Positions 12,634 through 24,700 of a DNA stretch of 64,000 bases are shown here, one piece after another. The notes under the pieces are model-generated. The model did no database searches. It saw nothing but the letters and a program-made list of their open reading frames with translations, and was not told the DNA's origin. The position numbers and the translations under genes are program-made. Each line of letters opens with the position of its first letter. The first letter of the stretch is position 1. The DNA is from Macrostomum lignano (taxonomy: Eukaryota): positions 1-64,000 of the forward strand of contig NIVC01003224.1 of assembly GCA_002269645.1 (NCBI GenBank), given 5' to 3'.

Positions 12634-12700
12634 ATGTGTGTGTATGTGGGTGTTGCCAATAGAAACAGCTGAGTAAATCCCAAGGTTGCATCCAAGCATG
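12491..12700 (+). mobile_element. hAT-type MITE family B, copy 2, with internal (TA)n(TG)n expansion
   Basis: Starts CATACATGCACAACCTTGGGAAT, ends GGTTGCATCCAAGCATG; TSD ATTTATAT / ATTTAAAT (1 mismatch). Confidence 0.85.
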
Positions 12701-13917
12701 ATTTAAATGGTCATTAATAATAACAATTGCCATAGTTTTTATAAATATTCAATATGCACAATTCATATACTTAGGCCTATATGAAAGTAAAAGAAAAAAT
12801 AAGATATGATAAATTGGATCTAATCAGTAATGTCTTTTGAGACTACTTTGTAAATATAATCTAGAAAGTCAAGATCATACATGCAAAATACCCAGCTGAG
12901 CTAGCTAATCCAGCCAACTGGCAAAGGCCCAGCCAAGATAAATTTGCAAAATTCCTACCTAAGATTATAGTTTTAATTAGTATATGGCAGTGCTTATTTA
13001 CTCGTAGCTGGCATTAGTCAAATAAGCTAATCACTATTTAGCCAATAATCCTATCCTATTGCTAAGTCAAATTAATTAGCTATAACCTATATATGCAAAC
13101 AACCTTTGCACTTGCGTGTTACAGATAATATACTTGTAATTAGCTCCTCCAATCTAGTTCTATACCTCCCCACAATCAATATGTTGCACATGTTATATAA
13201 ATGTAAAATAAATAGACCTTTGATTAGTTTATATGCCATCATTTGCTCTGCTTGCCTAAATGCTACAAGACCTTAGGCTAGCTATACATGTACAGTTCTT
13301 TATAGTGCTTTAAATATTCATGCAGATAAGTAGACAACATTATAATATTTATTGAAACTGGTTTCATGCATATATAATATGTACATGTGCATGTAATATT
13401 AATGCAATACTTTTCTTGCCACAGCAGTTTCCTTAATGCTTTGCAGTGTTTATAGTTTCATGTATTTTAGATACTCAAACATAGAATAATACAAAAATTT
13501 ACAGCAAAAGAAATTTGTATAATATGCATATAGTATAATTTCATTATTTGCCTTTAAGTTCGTTTATTTGTTTTTAGAATTCTTGAATATTCTGGAAATT
13601 ATTGTAGCACTGGGACTGGATACACAGAAATTAATTCAAAATTTATGCATGTTTTGATTTTCATTCTCATCTAAATCTAAATTTCATCTTCCTATTAAAG
13701 CATTATTAAAACATTATTAAATATTATCAAAATATTTTGTCCAAACTTGCAAACCCAAACCCAAACTTTCCTTACCTAAGTACTGAGATTTCCTAGAGAT
13801 AAAACTACTAATAGTAGTGTAAAAACTTAACCTCTGGTTGAACCCTCATACTTAAAAATAATAAGTTGATATTTATAAAATTTCAGTTAAGTAAAAAAAC
13901 ATCTTCATAAATCGGTC

Positions 13918-15455
13918 ATGTGCTCAACAACCAAGCCGCTGGAGCAGATGTCACAAACGCTTCAATCTAGCGTCAGTCGAATCTGTTCGAAGCACTTCGA
14001 ATTCGAAGAATGCCTAACCATTATCGGGGCTATTTGTATTAACATAGACAATGCCCAGTCCGATGTGCTGATTAAGTTCAATGAGTGCATTACTAAAGCG
14101 GACTTATACAGGATGGCTAGGGAAGACAACTCTGGCGGCAATGAGTACGCTGCTGTAGCTGAGAAAATCGTACTTAGCTCGCAATTGTTAGCCGCTATTC
14201 AACAAGCTCAAGCTGACCAGCCTGCAGAGACTGCTTCGAATAGTAATACTAATAGTAGTAATAAGCGAAAGCGGAAGCGGTCCAACCCACATAGGCGCAA
14301 ACAGCAGCAGCAGCTGGTTGTGCTCAACCATCACGCCGATGTGTCTGGCAGCGACGGTCTTGACGATGGCGACCTTGACGACGATGATGAGGCTAATAAT
14401 GATGTCGAAGAGGAGGAGGCTGATTGCCAAGCGGCTGTTGATCGGCAGCAATTTGAATATGATGCAGATGAGCACGAATCTGATGGAGAATTGTCCCCGG
14501 CTGGGCAGCTGCAGATGAATCTGGAGGCTCCGCCTGTTGAAGATGCCGCCAATATTGACGAAGTTGACGCTGCCGCTGTTGAATTGGAACAGCGGGCCCA
14601 GCGAATTGGCAATGGCAGAGCCAGAGCTGGTCCTATGGCTATCCGGTTGATTGATGACCACAGGAATGATAAAAATGGCGACAATGACGATGATATTGAG
14701 TACCTGGGCGAGTCTGTTGACGATACTAAAGCTGGATTCTATCCGAGTGAGTTCGAGCTGCTTTTTCATTGTGTGCTCACTGCTCAGAGATGCTTCTTTC
14801 TGTCTATTAGTTTAATTAGAGTCTGACATGTCTTCAATTAGAGTCTGACATGTCTTCAATTAGAGTCTGACATTTCTTCAATTAGAGTCTGACAGTGTCT
14901 TCAAGAGTCTGACAATATCTTCATTTAGACTCTGACCTACATGCCTCCGTGTTTCCAGCCATTCTGCTGCAGCCTCCGGCAGCTGCGGCCCCTACTTCAT
15001 CTGCAGCGCAGCAGTCGGCCACATCAGCGGGTAACTGTTCAATCATTCGGCTGCAGCAGCCGCAGCCGCCCCAGCCGAGCATCAAGCTGACGCTGTCTCT
15101 CGGCGACTTAGGCGGAATTGGAGGCGTGGCCGGTGCTGCCGGCGGAGGAGGCGGGGGTGTGACAACCCCGGCAACCGCCGAGTGCGACCTGCGCGCATTG
15201 AACAACCAATTAAAAGGCGCATTGGGCACGAAAGTGTTTAAATGCGCCTATTGTGGCAAATCGTTTAATAGGAAATTCTGTTTAGAGCGGCACGAACGGC
15301 TGCACACTGGCGTCCGGCCGTACGCCTGCCAGATCTGCGGTGAACGGTACATCCGGCTTGAGGATCAGAAACGGCACATGCGCAGCGCTCATCCGCACGA
15401 TTTCATGAACTATATGGACGAGGAGGAGCTGCCTACGACCACTTCTCCTGTTTGA
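13918..15455 (+). CDS. C2H2 zinc-finger protein (two C-terminal fingers); exons 13918-14746 and 14929-15455
   Basis: [50 protein letters not shown]; phase-1 donor CCGA|GTGAGT joins acceptor TTTAG|AC in frame; basic KRKRKR and acidic tracts. Confidence 0.9.
14810..14915. repeat. 22-bp tandem repeat (TTAGAGTCTGACATGTCTTCAA), 4-5 units, in zinc-finger intron
   Basis: Directly visible. Confidence 0.9.
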
Positions 15456-15519
15456 ACTGTTATTAGTGTATGTAAGCAGTATGTTTTTAGCCTAACATTT
15501 AATATTTTTCATATGAGAC

Positions 15520-15965
15520 TTGGAGTAGCTTCTCAACATCTCCCTTAATTAGAGATTGAGTAGCTTCTCAACATCTCCATCAATTAGAGATTGAGTAGCT
15601 TCTCAACATCTCCCTCAATTAGAGATTGAGTAGCTTCTCAAGATCTCCCTCAATTAGAGATTGAGTAGCTTCTCAAGATCTCCCTCAATTAGAGATTGAG
15701 TAGCTTCTCAACATCTCCCTCAATTAGAGATTGAGTAGCTTCTCAACATCTCCCTCAATTAGAGATTGAGTAGCTTCTCAAGATCTCTCTCATATAAGAG
15801 ATTGAGTAGCTTCTCAACATCTCCCTCAATTAGAGATTGAGTAGCTTCTCAACATCTCCCTCAATTAGAGATTGAGTAGCTTCTCAACATCTCCCTCAAT
15901 TAGAGATTGAGTAGCTTCTCAACATCTCCCTCAATTAGAGATTGAGTAGCTTCTTAACATCTCTA
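15520..15965. repeat. 35-bp minisatellite (AGAGATTGAGTAGCTTCTCAACATCTCCCTCAATT)n, about 12 units, just 3' of the zinc-finger stop
   Basis: Period 35 (e.g. 15551 to 15586). Confidence 0.95.
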
Positions 15966-16516
15966 GCTACTTCTCGATGTCCCCATGACAACACTCGAGT
16001 TGGTGCTCAATGTCCAGATGTCTTGATTAAAGTATAAATTAAACGTTTCTGTTACAGTCCTGTAGTTAAAATTAATTTGTTATAACTATTCCTTATCTGT
16101 ACATAGTAATGTGTTTTAGCCTGTACATTAAGCTCACTGTGCATTGTCATTTAACTGTTATGTTTTAACTTGCACAATCAATCAGTAAACTAAGCTCCTT
16201 CACCCATCTTCTGCCAAAAATAAACCATAAAACAATTATTTCTGTTTATCATGTCAGTTTATTTTGTTTTTAGCTTTAATTGCACTGTAAACTACATTGT
16301 CAATGCTGGATAGGACAGAGCTAAGATTCCTTTTTTGTTCCGCTTATATTAATAAATCAACGTGGAAAAAGCTTAATTTATTCAATTTTCCAATTTGTCC
16401 TAGTCACCTGGTTGATTTTGGTTTGATTTCAATTTCTCTTTGTAAAAAATCAATTATCGTTGCTTCTAAACGAAAATATCTGCTTTTTATAAAATGTGTT
16501 CTTGAACTAGCATTAG

Positions 16517-18762
16517 CTAATGCTTATATCCGCTCATTATTAACAGTGTACAGTTTCTGCCCCGCTTTATTTTAAAGTTTTTTGCTTGTGTTGCTTTCTT
16601 CACCGGAAAGCAACATTTCTGCTTCTGCTTCATCAAATAAATATAAACAGCTGGACAGATTTTGTTCGCTTCCGCTTTGCTGGCCATCGTTACACGGTAG
16701 TAGTCCTTGGTGACTCTTAACTAGTGATCGCTGGACAAGTGGTATATAGACAATTTGTCACTAATTTTGCACAGTAAGTTAAGTTAAGTCGGCAGCGGTT
16801 AGTACGGAATAATAACAATTGGATTAAACATAACTTGGGGTGGGGGTCGCCACACACCCTCAATTACCCCAGCTAATGCTGGCACCCATTTTACAGCTGG
16901 GCGAACTGAAGCAATGCAGAGTTAAGTGTCTTGCTGAAAGACACAAATTGTTCCGATTGGGTCGAGAATCGAACCCCCGACCTTTCAGTCGTGAGTCCGA
17001 CGCTCTAACCTTTAAGCTACAGAGTTAAATGTACATGTAAGGTTTGAACCCAAGCTAGAAAATGTCTCTATCAAAATGTTTGATTTATTTGCAGAAAAAA
17101 AATTCGTTAACAATTTCTGTGCTTTTATTTTTTGTGTATAAAAAACAGCGCGTGCAATATACTACTGAAACAGATGCTGCAGTAGCAACTGTGGAGTTTT
17201 ATACTCCATTTACTCGTACGCTAATAATTCTTATACTGCTCAAAATGTTTTGAGCACTTTCTGGCCCTGACCACGTCGGATGTCACTTTGCAGCGCGTTG
17301 ACCCGCTGGTGCTGCTGGATGGCGCCGTCCAGTTCCTGGAGCTCGCTTTTCAGGCTCTCATTTAGCCGGTTCACGTCCTGCACCGGAGCTGCGGGGTAGT
17401 GGGGAATATGGACAGTTTAGTCTGTGCGCATTTAAGATGAGTTTCCCCTTTTGACTGGCGCCATTTCCCTCTTGACTGGATGCCATTTCCCTCCTGACTG
17501 GGCGCCATGTCCCTCTTGACTGGGCGCCATGTCCCTCTTGACTGGGCGCCATTTCTCTCTTGACTGAGCGCTATTTTTCCTTTGGGTGCTATTTCTCCTT
17601 TAACTGGGCGCCATTCTGCTTTTGACTTGGCACCATTTCCCTCTTGACTGGGCGCTATTTCCCCTTTGGGTGCTATTTATCCTTTGACTTGGCGCCATTT
17701 CCCTCTTGACTGGGTGCCATTCCCTCTTGACTTGACGCCATTTCCGCTTTTGACTTGGCGCCATTTCCCTCTTGCCTGGGCGCCATTTCCTCTTGACGCC
17801 ATTTCCCTCTTGCCTCGGCGCCATTTCCTCTTGACTGGGCGCCATTTCCCTCTTGACTGGGTGCTATTTCCCCTTTGACTGGGTGCTATTTTCCCGTTGA
17901 TTGGGTGATATTTCCCCTTTGACTGGGTGCTATTTCTCCTTTGACTGGGTGCTATTTCCCCTTTGACTGGGTGCTATTTTCCCTTTGACTGGGTGCTATT
18001 TTCCCTTTGACTGGGTGCTATTTCTCCTTTGACTGGGTGCTATTTCTCCTTTGACTGGGTGCTACTTCCCCTTTGACTGGGTGCTATTTTCCCTTTGACT
18101 GGGTGCTATTTTCCCTTTGACTGGGTGCTATTTCCCCTTTGACTGGGTGCTATTTTCCCTTTGACTGGGTGCTATTTCCCCTTTGACTGGGTGCTATTTT
18201 CCCTTTGACTGGGTGCTATTTTCCCTGTTGACTGGGTGCCATTTCTCTCCTGACTGGACGCCATTTCCTCTTTGCTACAAAGGCCCCCATTTCCTAGAAT
18301 CAGTTTTATGGAACTGCATGCACTAGAAATACATAATGTATCTGCCGGCTTCCTCACCAGCCTGAGCTGCTGGGCCAGCCCTTCTACGCGACTCGCCAGC
18401 AGCAGCAGCAGCCGGTCCCACAGTTCGGCCATTCGAGTTGGTGCCGTGAGCAGCGGCGGCCGCCTGTCTGAATCGGCCCCTGTAGGTGGCCTCCCCCGGT
18501 TTCGGGATGTAGAGTGGAAATTCCGGGGCTACTGCGTGGTGGTGGGGCTGCTGGGTCTGCATCATCGCTGGAGCCTGCACCGGAACTTGAGCAGCATAGT
18601 AAACTGGATGACTCTGCGGAGTGTTGTAATTACTGTAGGCCACATTCTGCTGCGCATCAGACGATGGTGAATAGTATTGAATTGGTTGTTGTTGTTGTTG
18701 CTGCTGCTGCTGATGGCCAGGGATTTGTCGTTGAGATGGCGGCGTTGGAAATGCGCGCTTGC

Positions 18763-18794
<32 letters not shown>

Positions 18795-21700
18795 TGCACT
18801 GCTAGTGGCGACACTCGCTGACGCTGCTGTTGCGGCTCCAGCGGAATTGGAGGCAGCACTGTGTCCGCGGTTGATGCAACTGCCGAGCCAGATGTTGAAG
18901 CTTGCGGCTGCTGCTGCGGACGGCCCTGCTGCTGATGGGTGGTGGAAGCCCGACTGTCTGGATTCGACACAACGTACAGCGGCTTTTGTTGCTGCTGCTG
19001 TTGCTGTTGCTGCTGACGCTGGATTCGCTGAAGCCGTTCAGCGAGTCGTCTGTTTTCTCTGGCCAGCAGATCCTGCGAAGTGTTACATATGCAGGCGTGT
19101 ACACTCTCTTTGCGCCTCGTGGGTTGGCTCTCGTGACTCGCACACAAAGCCCCAAATGAATGTGGCCGCGCACGGCATTGAACCAGGGGCTTGTGGCTGA
19201 ACTCATTGGCAGTTGAGCGACCGACAGCTCAGCCGCAGCTATTGCGCGGCGCATCCGAAGGCTGCGTACGGCTGTTCAGTCCAAGGACTGGGGGGTCGCC
19301 ACACACACCCTCAATTAGGCCAGCTAATGCTGGCACCCATTTTACAGCTGTGTGAACTGAAGCAATGCTCAAGGACATAAATTGTTCCGAGTGGGATCGG
19401 GAATCGAACCCCTGACCTTCAATCGTTTGTCCGACGCTCTAACGACTGGGCTACAACCCATTTTCGAAATATCGTATCAAATTAAGCCAGAAGACTTCAC
19501 ACACAACTGCAGAAAATATTTCACCTGCTCTCGCAGCCGATCGCCTTGGTTTTTCACCAGGCCGAGGTTCTCAGTGCGCAGGGACTCGTTCTCCTGCATG
19601 TACTCTTGCAGCATCTCGTAGAGGCTCTGGTAGCTGCCCTTCGACACTGGCCTCTGCTGCTGCTGCGACGGCGCTGCGGGCTTGACTGTTGAAGTCGCCG
19701 ACTGCGGCGGCAGCGGCGGGAGAGACGCCGACGCGGCCGATTCCGACGCCGTCTTCAGGCGGTCCCGAAGGCCGGAATTCTCCGACTTCAGAGCGTCGAC
19801 TTCGGAGCGCAGCGAATCGACTAAGCGCTCGAGCTCCTGGCGCTTCTCGTCCACGGCTGGAGCTGCGATCTCTCTGGCGACCACCGAGGCATTGACAGCT
19901 GGCGGCTTCTTCAGCTGGTCACCGTTCTGGCGATGCGATGCCGACGACGGCAGCTCAGCAGAGTTGCTGCTGGCGATCTGCAAGGGTGGGGAGTGGAACT
20001 CGGGTGTTGGTTGGACAGGGACAGGTCCTGCCGATCTCTAGCTAATGGAAATATAACAGGCTTTGAATATTTTGCCAGAGAAGCGCCCCCCTCTGTAGCT
20101 GGCGGCCCCCTCTGTAGCTGGCGCCCCCCTCTGTAAATGGCGCCCCCATCTGTAGCTGGCGCCCCCCCTCTGTAGCTGGCGGCCCCCTCTGTAGCTGGCG
20201 CCTTCCTCTGTAGATGGCGCCCCCCTCGATCTGTAGCTGGCGCCCCCCCCATTGTAGCTGGCGCCCCCCTCTGTAGCTGGCGCTCCCTCTGTAGCTGGCG
20301 CTCCCCTTCTATAGCTGGCGCCCCCCTCTGTAGCTGGCGGCCCCCTCTGTAGCTGGCGCCCCCCTCTGTAGCTGGCGCTCCCTCTGTAGCTGGCGCCCCC
20401 CCACTGTAGCTGGCGCCCCCCTCCGTAGCTGGCGCCCCCCTCTGTAGCTGGCGCCCCCCTCTGTAGCTGGTGCCTCCCTCTGTAGCTGGCGCCCCCCTCT
20501 GTAGCTGGCGCCCCCATCTGTAGCTGGCGCCCCCCCTCTGTAGCTGGCGGCCCCCTCTGTAGCTGGCGCCTTCCTCTGTAGATGGCGCCCCCTCTCGATC
20601 TGTAGCTGGCGCCCCCCCCCCCCTGTAGCTGGCGCCCCCCTCTGTAGCTGGCGCTCCCTCTGTAGCTGGCGCTCCCCTTCTATAGCTGGCGCCCCCCTCT
20701 GTAGCTGGCGCCCCCCCACTGTAGCTGGCGCCCCCCTCTGTAGCTGGCGCCTCCCTCTGTAGCTGGCGCCCCCCCTTTGTAGCTGGCGCCGCCTCTGTAG
20801 ATGGCCCCCCCATGTAGCTGGCGCTCCCCTTCTGTAGCTGGCGTCTCCTTCTGTAGCTGGCACCCCCTCTTTAGATGGCGCCCCCCTCTGTAGATGGCGC
20901 CCCCATGTAGCTGTCGGCCCCTCTGTAGCTGGCGCCCCCCCCCCTCTGTAGATGGCGCCCCCCTCTGTAGCTGGCGCCCCCCACTGTAGCTGGCGCCCCC
21001 TCTGTAGCTGGCGCCCCCCTATGTAGCTGGCGCCCCCCCCCTTTGTAGCTGGCGCCGCCTCTGTAGATGGCTCCCCCCCCCATGTAGCTGGCGCTCCCCT
21101 TCTGTAGCTGGCACCCCCTCTTTAGATGGCGCCCCCCTCTGTAGATGGCGCCCCCATGTAGCTGTCGGCCCCTCTGTAGCTGGCGCCCCCTCTGTAGCTG
21201 GCGCCCCCCCACTGTAGCTGGCGCCCCCCTCTGTAGCTGGCGCCTCCCTCTGTAGCTGGCGCCCCCCCCTTTGTAGCTGGCGCCGCCTCTGTAGATGCCC
21301 CCCCCCATGTAGCTGGCGCTCCCCTTCTGTAGCTGGCGTCCCCTTCTGTAGCTGGCACCCCCTCTTTAGATGGCGTCCCCCTCTGTAGATGGCGCCCCCA
21401 TGTAGCTGTCGGCCCCTCTGTAGCTGGCGCCCCCCCTCTGTAGATGGCGCCCCCCTCTGTAGCTGGCGCCCCCCACTGTAGCTGGCGCCCCCCTCTGTAG
21501 CTGGCGCCCCCCTATGTAGCCGGCGCCCCCCCCCCTTTGTAGCTGGCGCCGCCTCTGTAGATGCTCCTCCCCATGTAGCTGGCGCTCCCCTTCTGTAGCT
21601 GGCACCCCCTCTTTAGATGGCGCCCCCCTCTGTAGATGGCGCCCCCATGTAGCTGTCGGCCCCTCTGTAGCTGGCGCCCCCCTCTGTAGATGGCGCCTCC

Positions 21701-24700
21701 CTCTGTAGCTGGCGCCCCCCTCTGTAACTGGCGCCCCCTCTGTAGCTGGCGCCCCAAAAAGAATCTGTACAATGTAAAAGAGCGTCGTGTCCTTTTAAAG
21801 TGCCAAGATAACTGACAGATAAAAAGCATCACCATGAGGGAGGCGCCATTGGCTGCCAGAGTGCCGGCCAGCAGCCGCGTCAGCTCCTCATCAACGACAG
21901 GATTTGATCCGCCGCCACCGCCGCCGCCGCGAGCAGCCAGGGCTGACAGGCCCCTGCTGAGGGCCTGCAGGTTGGCAGTCGTTTGGCCATCGTCTGCTGC
22001 TGAGGGGAATTGAGAAGTAAGAGCTGTTAACTATACAGCTCTTCTATTGGCAATTAAATCCGGCTTGTATCAGTTCGGATAGTGCATTTAATGAATTCTA
22101 GATTTTGATCTGAGTTCTATCTTGAGTTCTATCTTGAGTTCTATCTTGAGTTATATTCTGAGTTCTATCTTGAGTTCTATCTTGAGTTCTATTCTGAGTT
22201 CTATCTTGAGTTCTACATGTATCTTGAGTTCTATTCTGAGTTCTATCTTGTGTTCTATCTTGAGTTCTATTCTGAGTTCTATCTTGAGTTCTATTCTGAG
22301 TTCTATCTTGAGTTCTACATGTATCTTGAGTTCTATCTTGAGTTCTATCGTGAGTTCTATCTTGACTTTCATTTGGAGTTCAATTTGGAGTTCGATCTTG
22401 AGTTCCATCTGAAACTCTATCGTGAGTTCTATTGGGAGTTCTATCCACATGTAGGGTTCCATGTTGAGTTATATCTATACAGTTTTATCTTGAGTTATAT
22501 CTGGCATTCTAAATTATGTTTCAATTCCTAATGAGAATAATACCAAGAAATAGAAAAAATATTTTAAAATATGATACCATAAAATTGCACTAATTGTGAA
22601 GTTCGTAAAATTTTCAATGGCATTCAAATTACTATCATTGAAACAAATAGTTTCAACTTTTTTATTACACGTGTCTCATTTAGGCCAGATGTGCAACCGA
22701 CAGCTCAGCCGCAGCTATTGCGCGGCGCATCTGAAGACTGCGTACGGCTGTTCAGTCCAGACTGGGCCGGGGTCGCCACACACACCCTCAATTACCCCAG
22801 CTAATGCTGGCACCCATTTTACAGCTGGGTGAACTGAAGCAGTGCACAGAGTTAGGTGTCTTGCTCAAGGACACAAATTGTTCCTCGAGAGGGATCGGGA
22901 ATCGAACCCCCGACCTTCAAGTCGTGAGTCCAATGCTCTAACCACTGGGCTACAACCCTCTCTTCTACTGCTGAGCATCCATGACTTAATTAAGTGTTAA
23001 ACCAACTTTAACTCATAGCAAAGTGAATAAGTACAACTGAAGGAATGAGCAGTTGAAGGAAAAAATTTGCATGTGAAATTTCATTATTAGTTGGCTCTTA
23101 TAAATTGCTCGCAGAGAAAATTGAGAAGAAAATTTGCATCCCATTGGGCACTGAGAACTGAGAGTTTAAAATCTCAAGTGATCAGTGTGCTTAAAGGACA
23201 GGCATGTACTTTTTATTCGGGATTTTCAGCTCATTTACAGTCTGCTACAAGCGTACTTTTTTATCCCAGGGCCTAAACCGTAGACAAATTGTTTTGTAAA
23301 GTTTTGTGCAGCCACTCGGCTTAACTTCGCAACTATTTTCAACATTTTTAGTTGTCCTTGACTGGATCAGGGAAGCCTCTATGGTCGCTGCGCTCCCCAG
23401 GAAGGGACACTCACCGGGAGCGCAGCGACCATAGAAGCTTTCTGGACTGGATCCTTACCATAGAAATTTGAGGGGATGTCCTTGCCACTTCGCGAGTCAA
23501 CAAACGACAGTCGGCCCTGACGGGTGAGAAATCTGCGCCGGCCGCTGCCGTCTGGACTGGGCTGGCTGCTGTCCATCAGCATGAGGAACAGGCTGTTGAG
23601 GTCACCGGCTATCGGGCTGGAGGCCAGGCCTGTGGACAGGTTGAGGTCGGGTTGCGTTGAGTCTTTGAGTAGCTTCAGGATCAGTGAGCTTCAAGCTTCA
23701 GGATTGGTGAGCTTCAAGCTTCAGGATCAGTGAGCTTCAAGCTTCAAGGATTGGTGAGCTTCAAGCTTCAGGATCAGTGAGCTTCAAGCTTCAGGATCAG
23801 TGAGCTTCAAGCTTCAGGATCAGTGAGCTTCAAGCTTCAGGATCAGTGAGCTTCAAGCTTCAAGGATTGGTGAGCTTCAAGCTTCAGGATCAGTGAGCTT
23901 CAAGCTTCAGGATCAGTGAGCTTCAAGCTTCAGGATCAGTGAGCTTCAAGCTTCAGGATCAGTGAGCTTCAAGCTTCATGATCGGTGAGCTTCAAGCTTC
24001 AGGATTGGTGAGCTTCAAGCTTCATGATCGGTGAGCTTCAAGCTTCAGGATCATCGAGCTTCAAGCTTCATGATCGGTGAGCTTCAAGCTTCAGGATTGG
24101 TGAGCTTCAAGCTTCATGATCGGTGAGCTTCAAGCTTCAGGATCATCGAGCTTCAAGCTTCATGATCGGTGAGCTTCAAGCTTCAGGATTGGTGAGCTTC
24201 AAGCTTCAGGATCGGTGAGCTTCAAGCTTCAGGATCATCGAGCTTCAAGCTTCAGGATTGGTGAGCTTCAAGCTTCAGGATCAGTAAGCTTCAAGCTTCA
24301 GGATCATCGAGCTTCAAGCTTCATGATCGGTGAGCTTCAAGCTTCAGGATTGGTGAGCTTCAAGCTTCAGGATCAGTGAGCTTCAAGCTTCATGATCAGT
24401 GAGCTTCAAGCTTCAGGATCAGTGAGTTTCAAGCTTCAGGATCATCGAGCTTCAAGCTTCATGATCGGTGAGCTTCAAGCTTCAGGATCAGTGAGTTTCA
24501 AGCTTCAGGATCAGTGAGCTTCAAGCTTCAGGATCAGTGAGCTTCAAGCTTCAGGATCAGTGAGTTTCAAGCTTCAGGATCAGTGAGCTTCAAGCTTCAT
24601 GATCGGTGAGCTTCAAGCTTCAGGATCGGTGAGCTTCAAGCTTAAGGATCGGTGAGCTTCAAGCTTCAGGATCGGTGAGCTTCAAGCTTCAGGATCGGTG

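Noticed and set aside
15520-15965. CRISPR-like 35-bp palindromic repeats
   Set aside because: Units are head-to-tail with no unique spacers, there are no cas genes and the context is eukaryotic; the same applies to all other arrays.
18514-19200. Plus-strand Ala/Leu-rich ORFs (also 29215-29607, 31839-32993, 38263-38742)
   Set aside because: Antisense shadows of real GC-rich or poly-Q exons.
19911-21835. Collagen- or mucin-like GAPATEGG ORFs
   Set aside because: Products of the GC-rich intronic array; frames shift with homopolymer length.
22880-22958. tRNA-Val(CAC)-like gene (also at 404 and 36656)
   Set aside because: No complete acceptor stem and a poor anticodon stem; it continues into the SINE body, so it is a SINE head.
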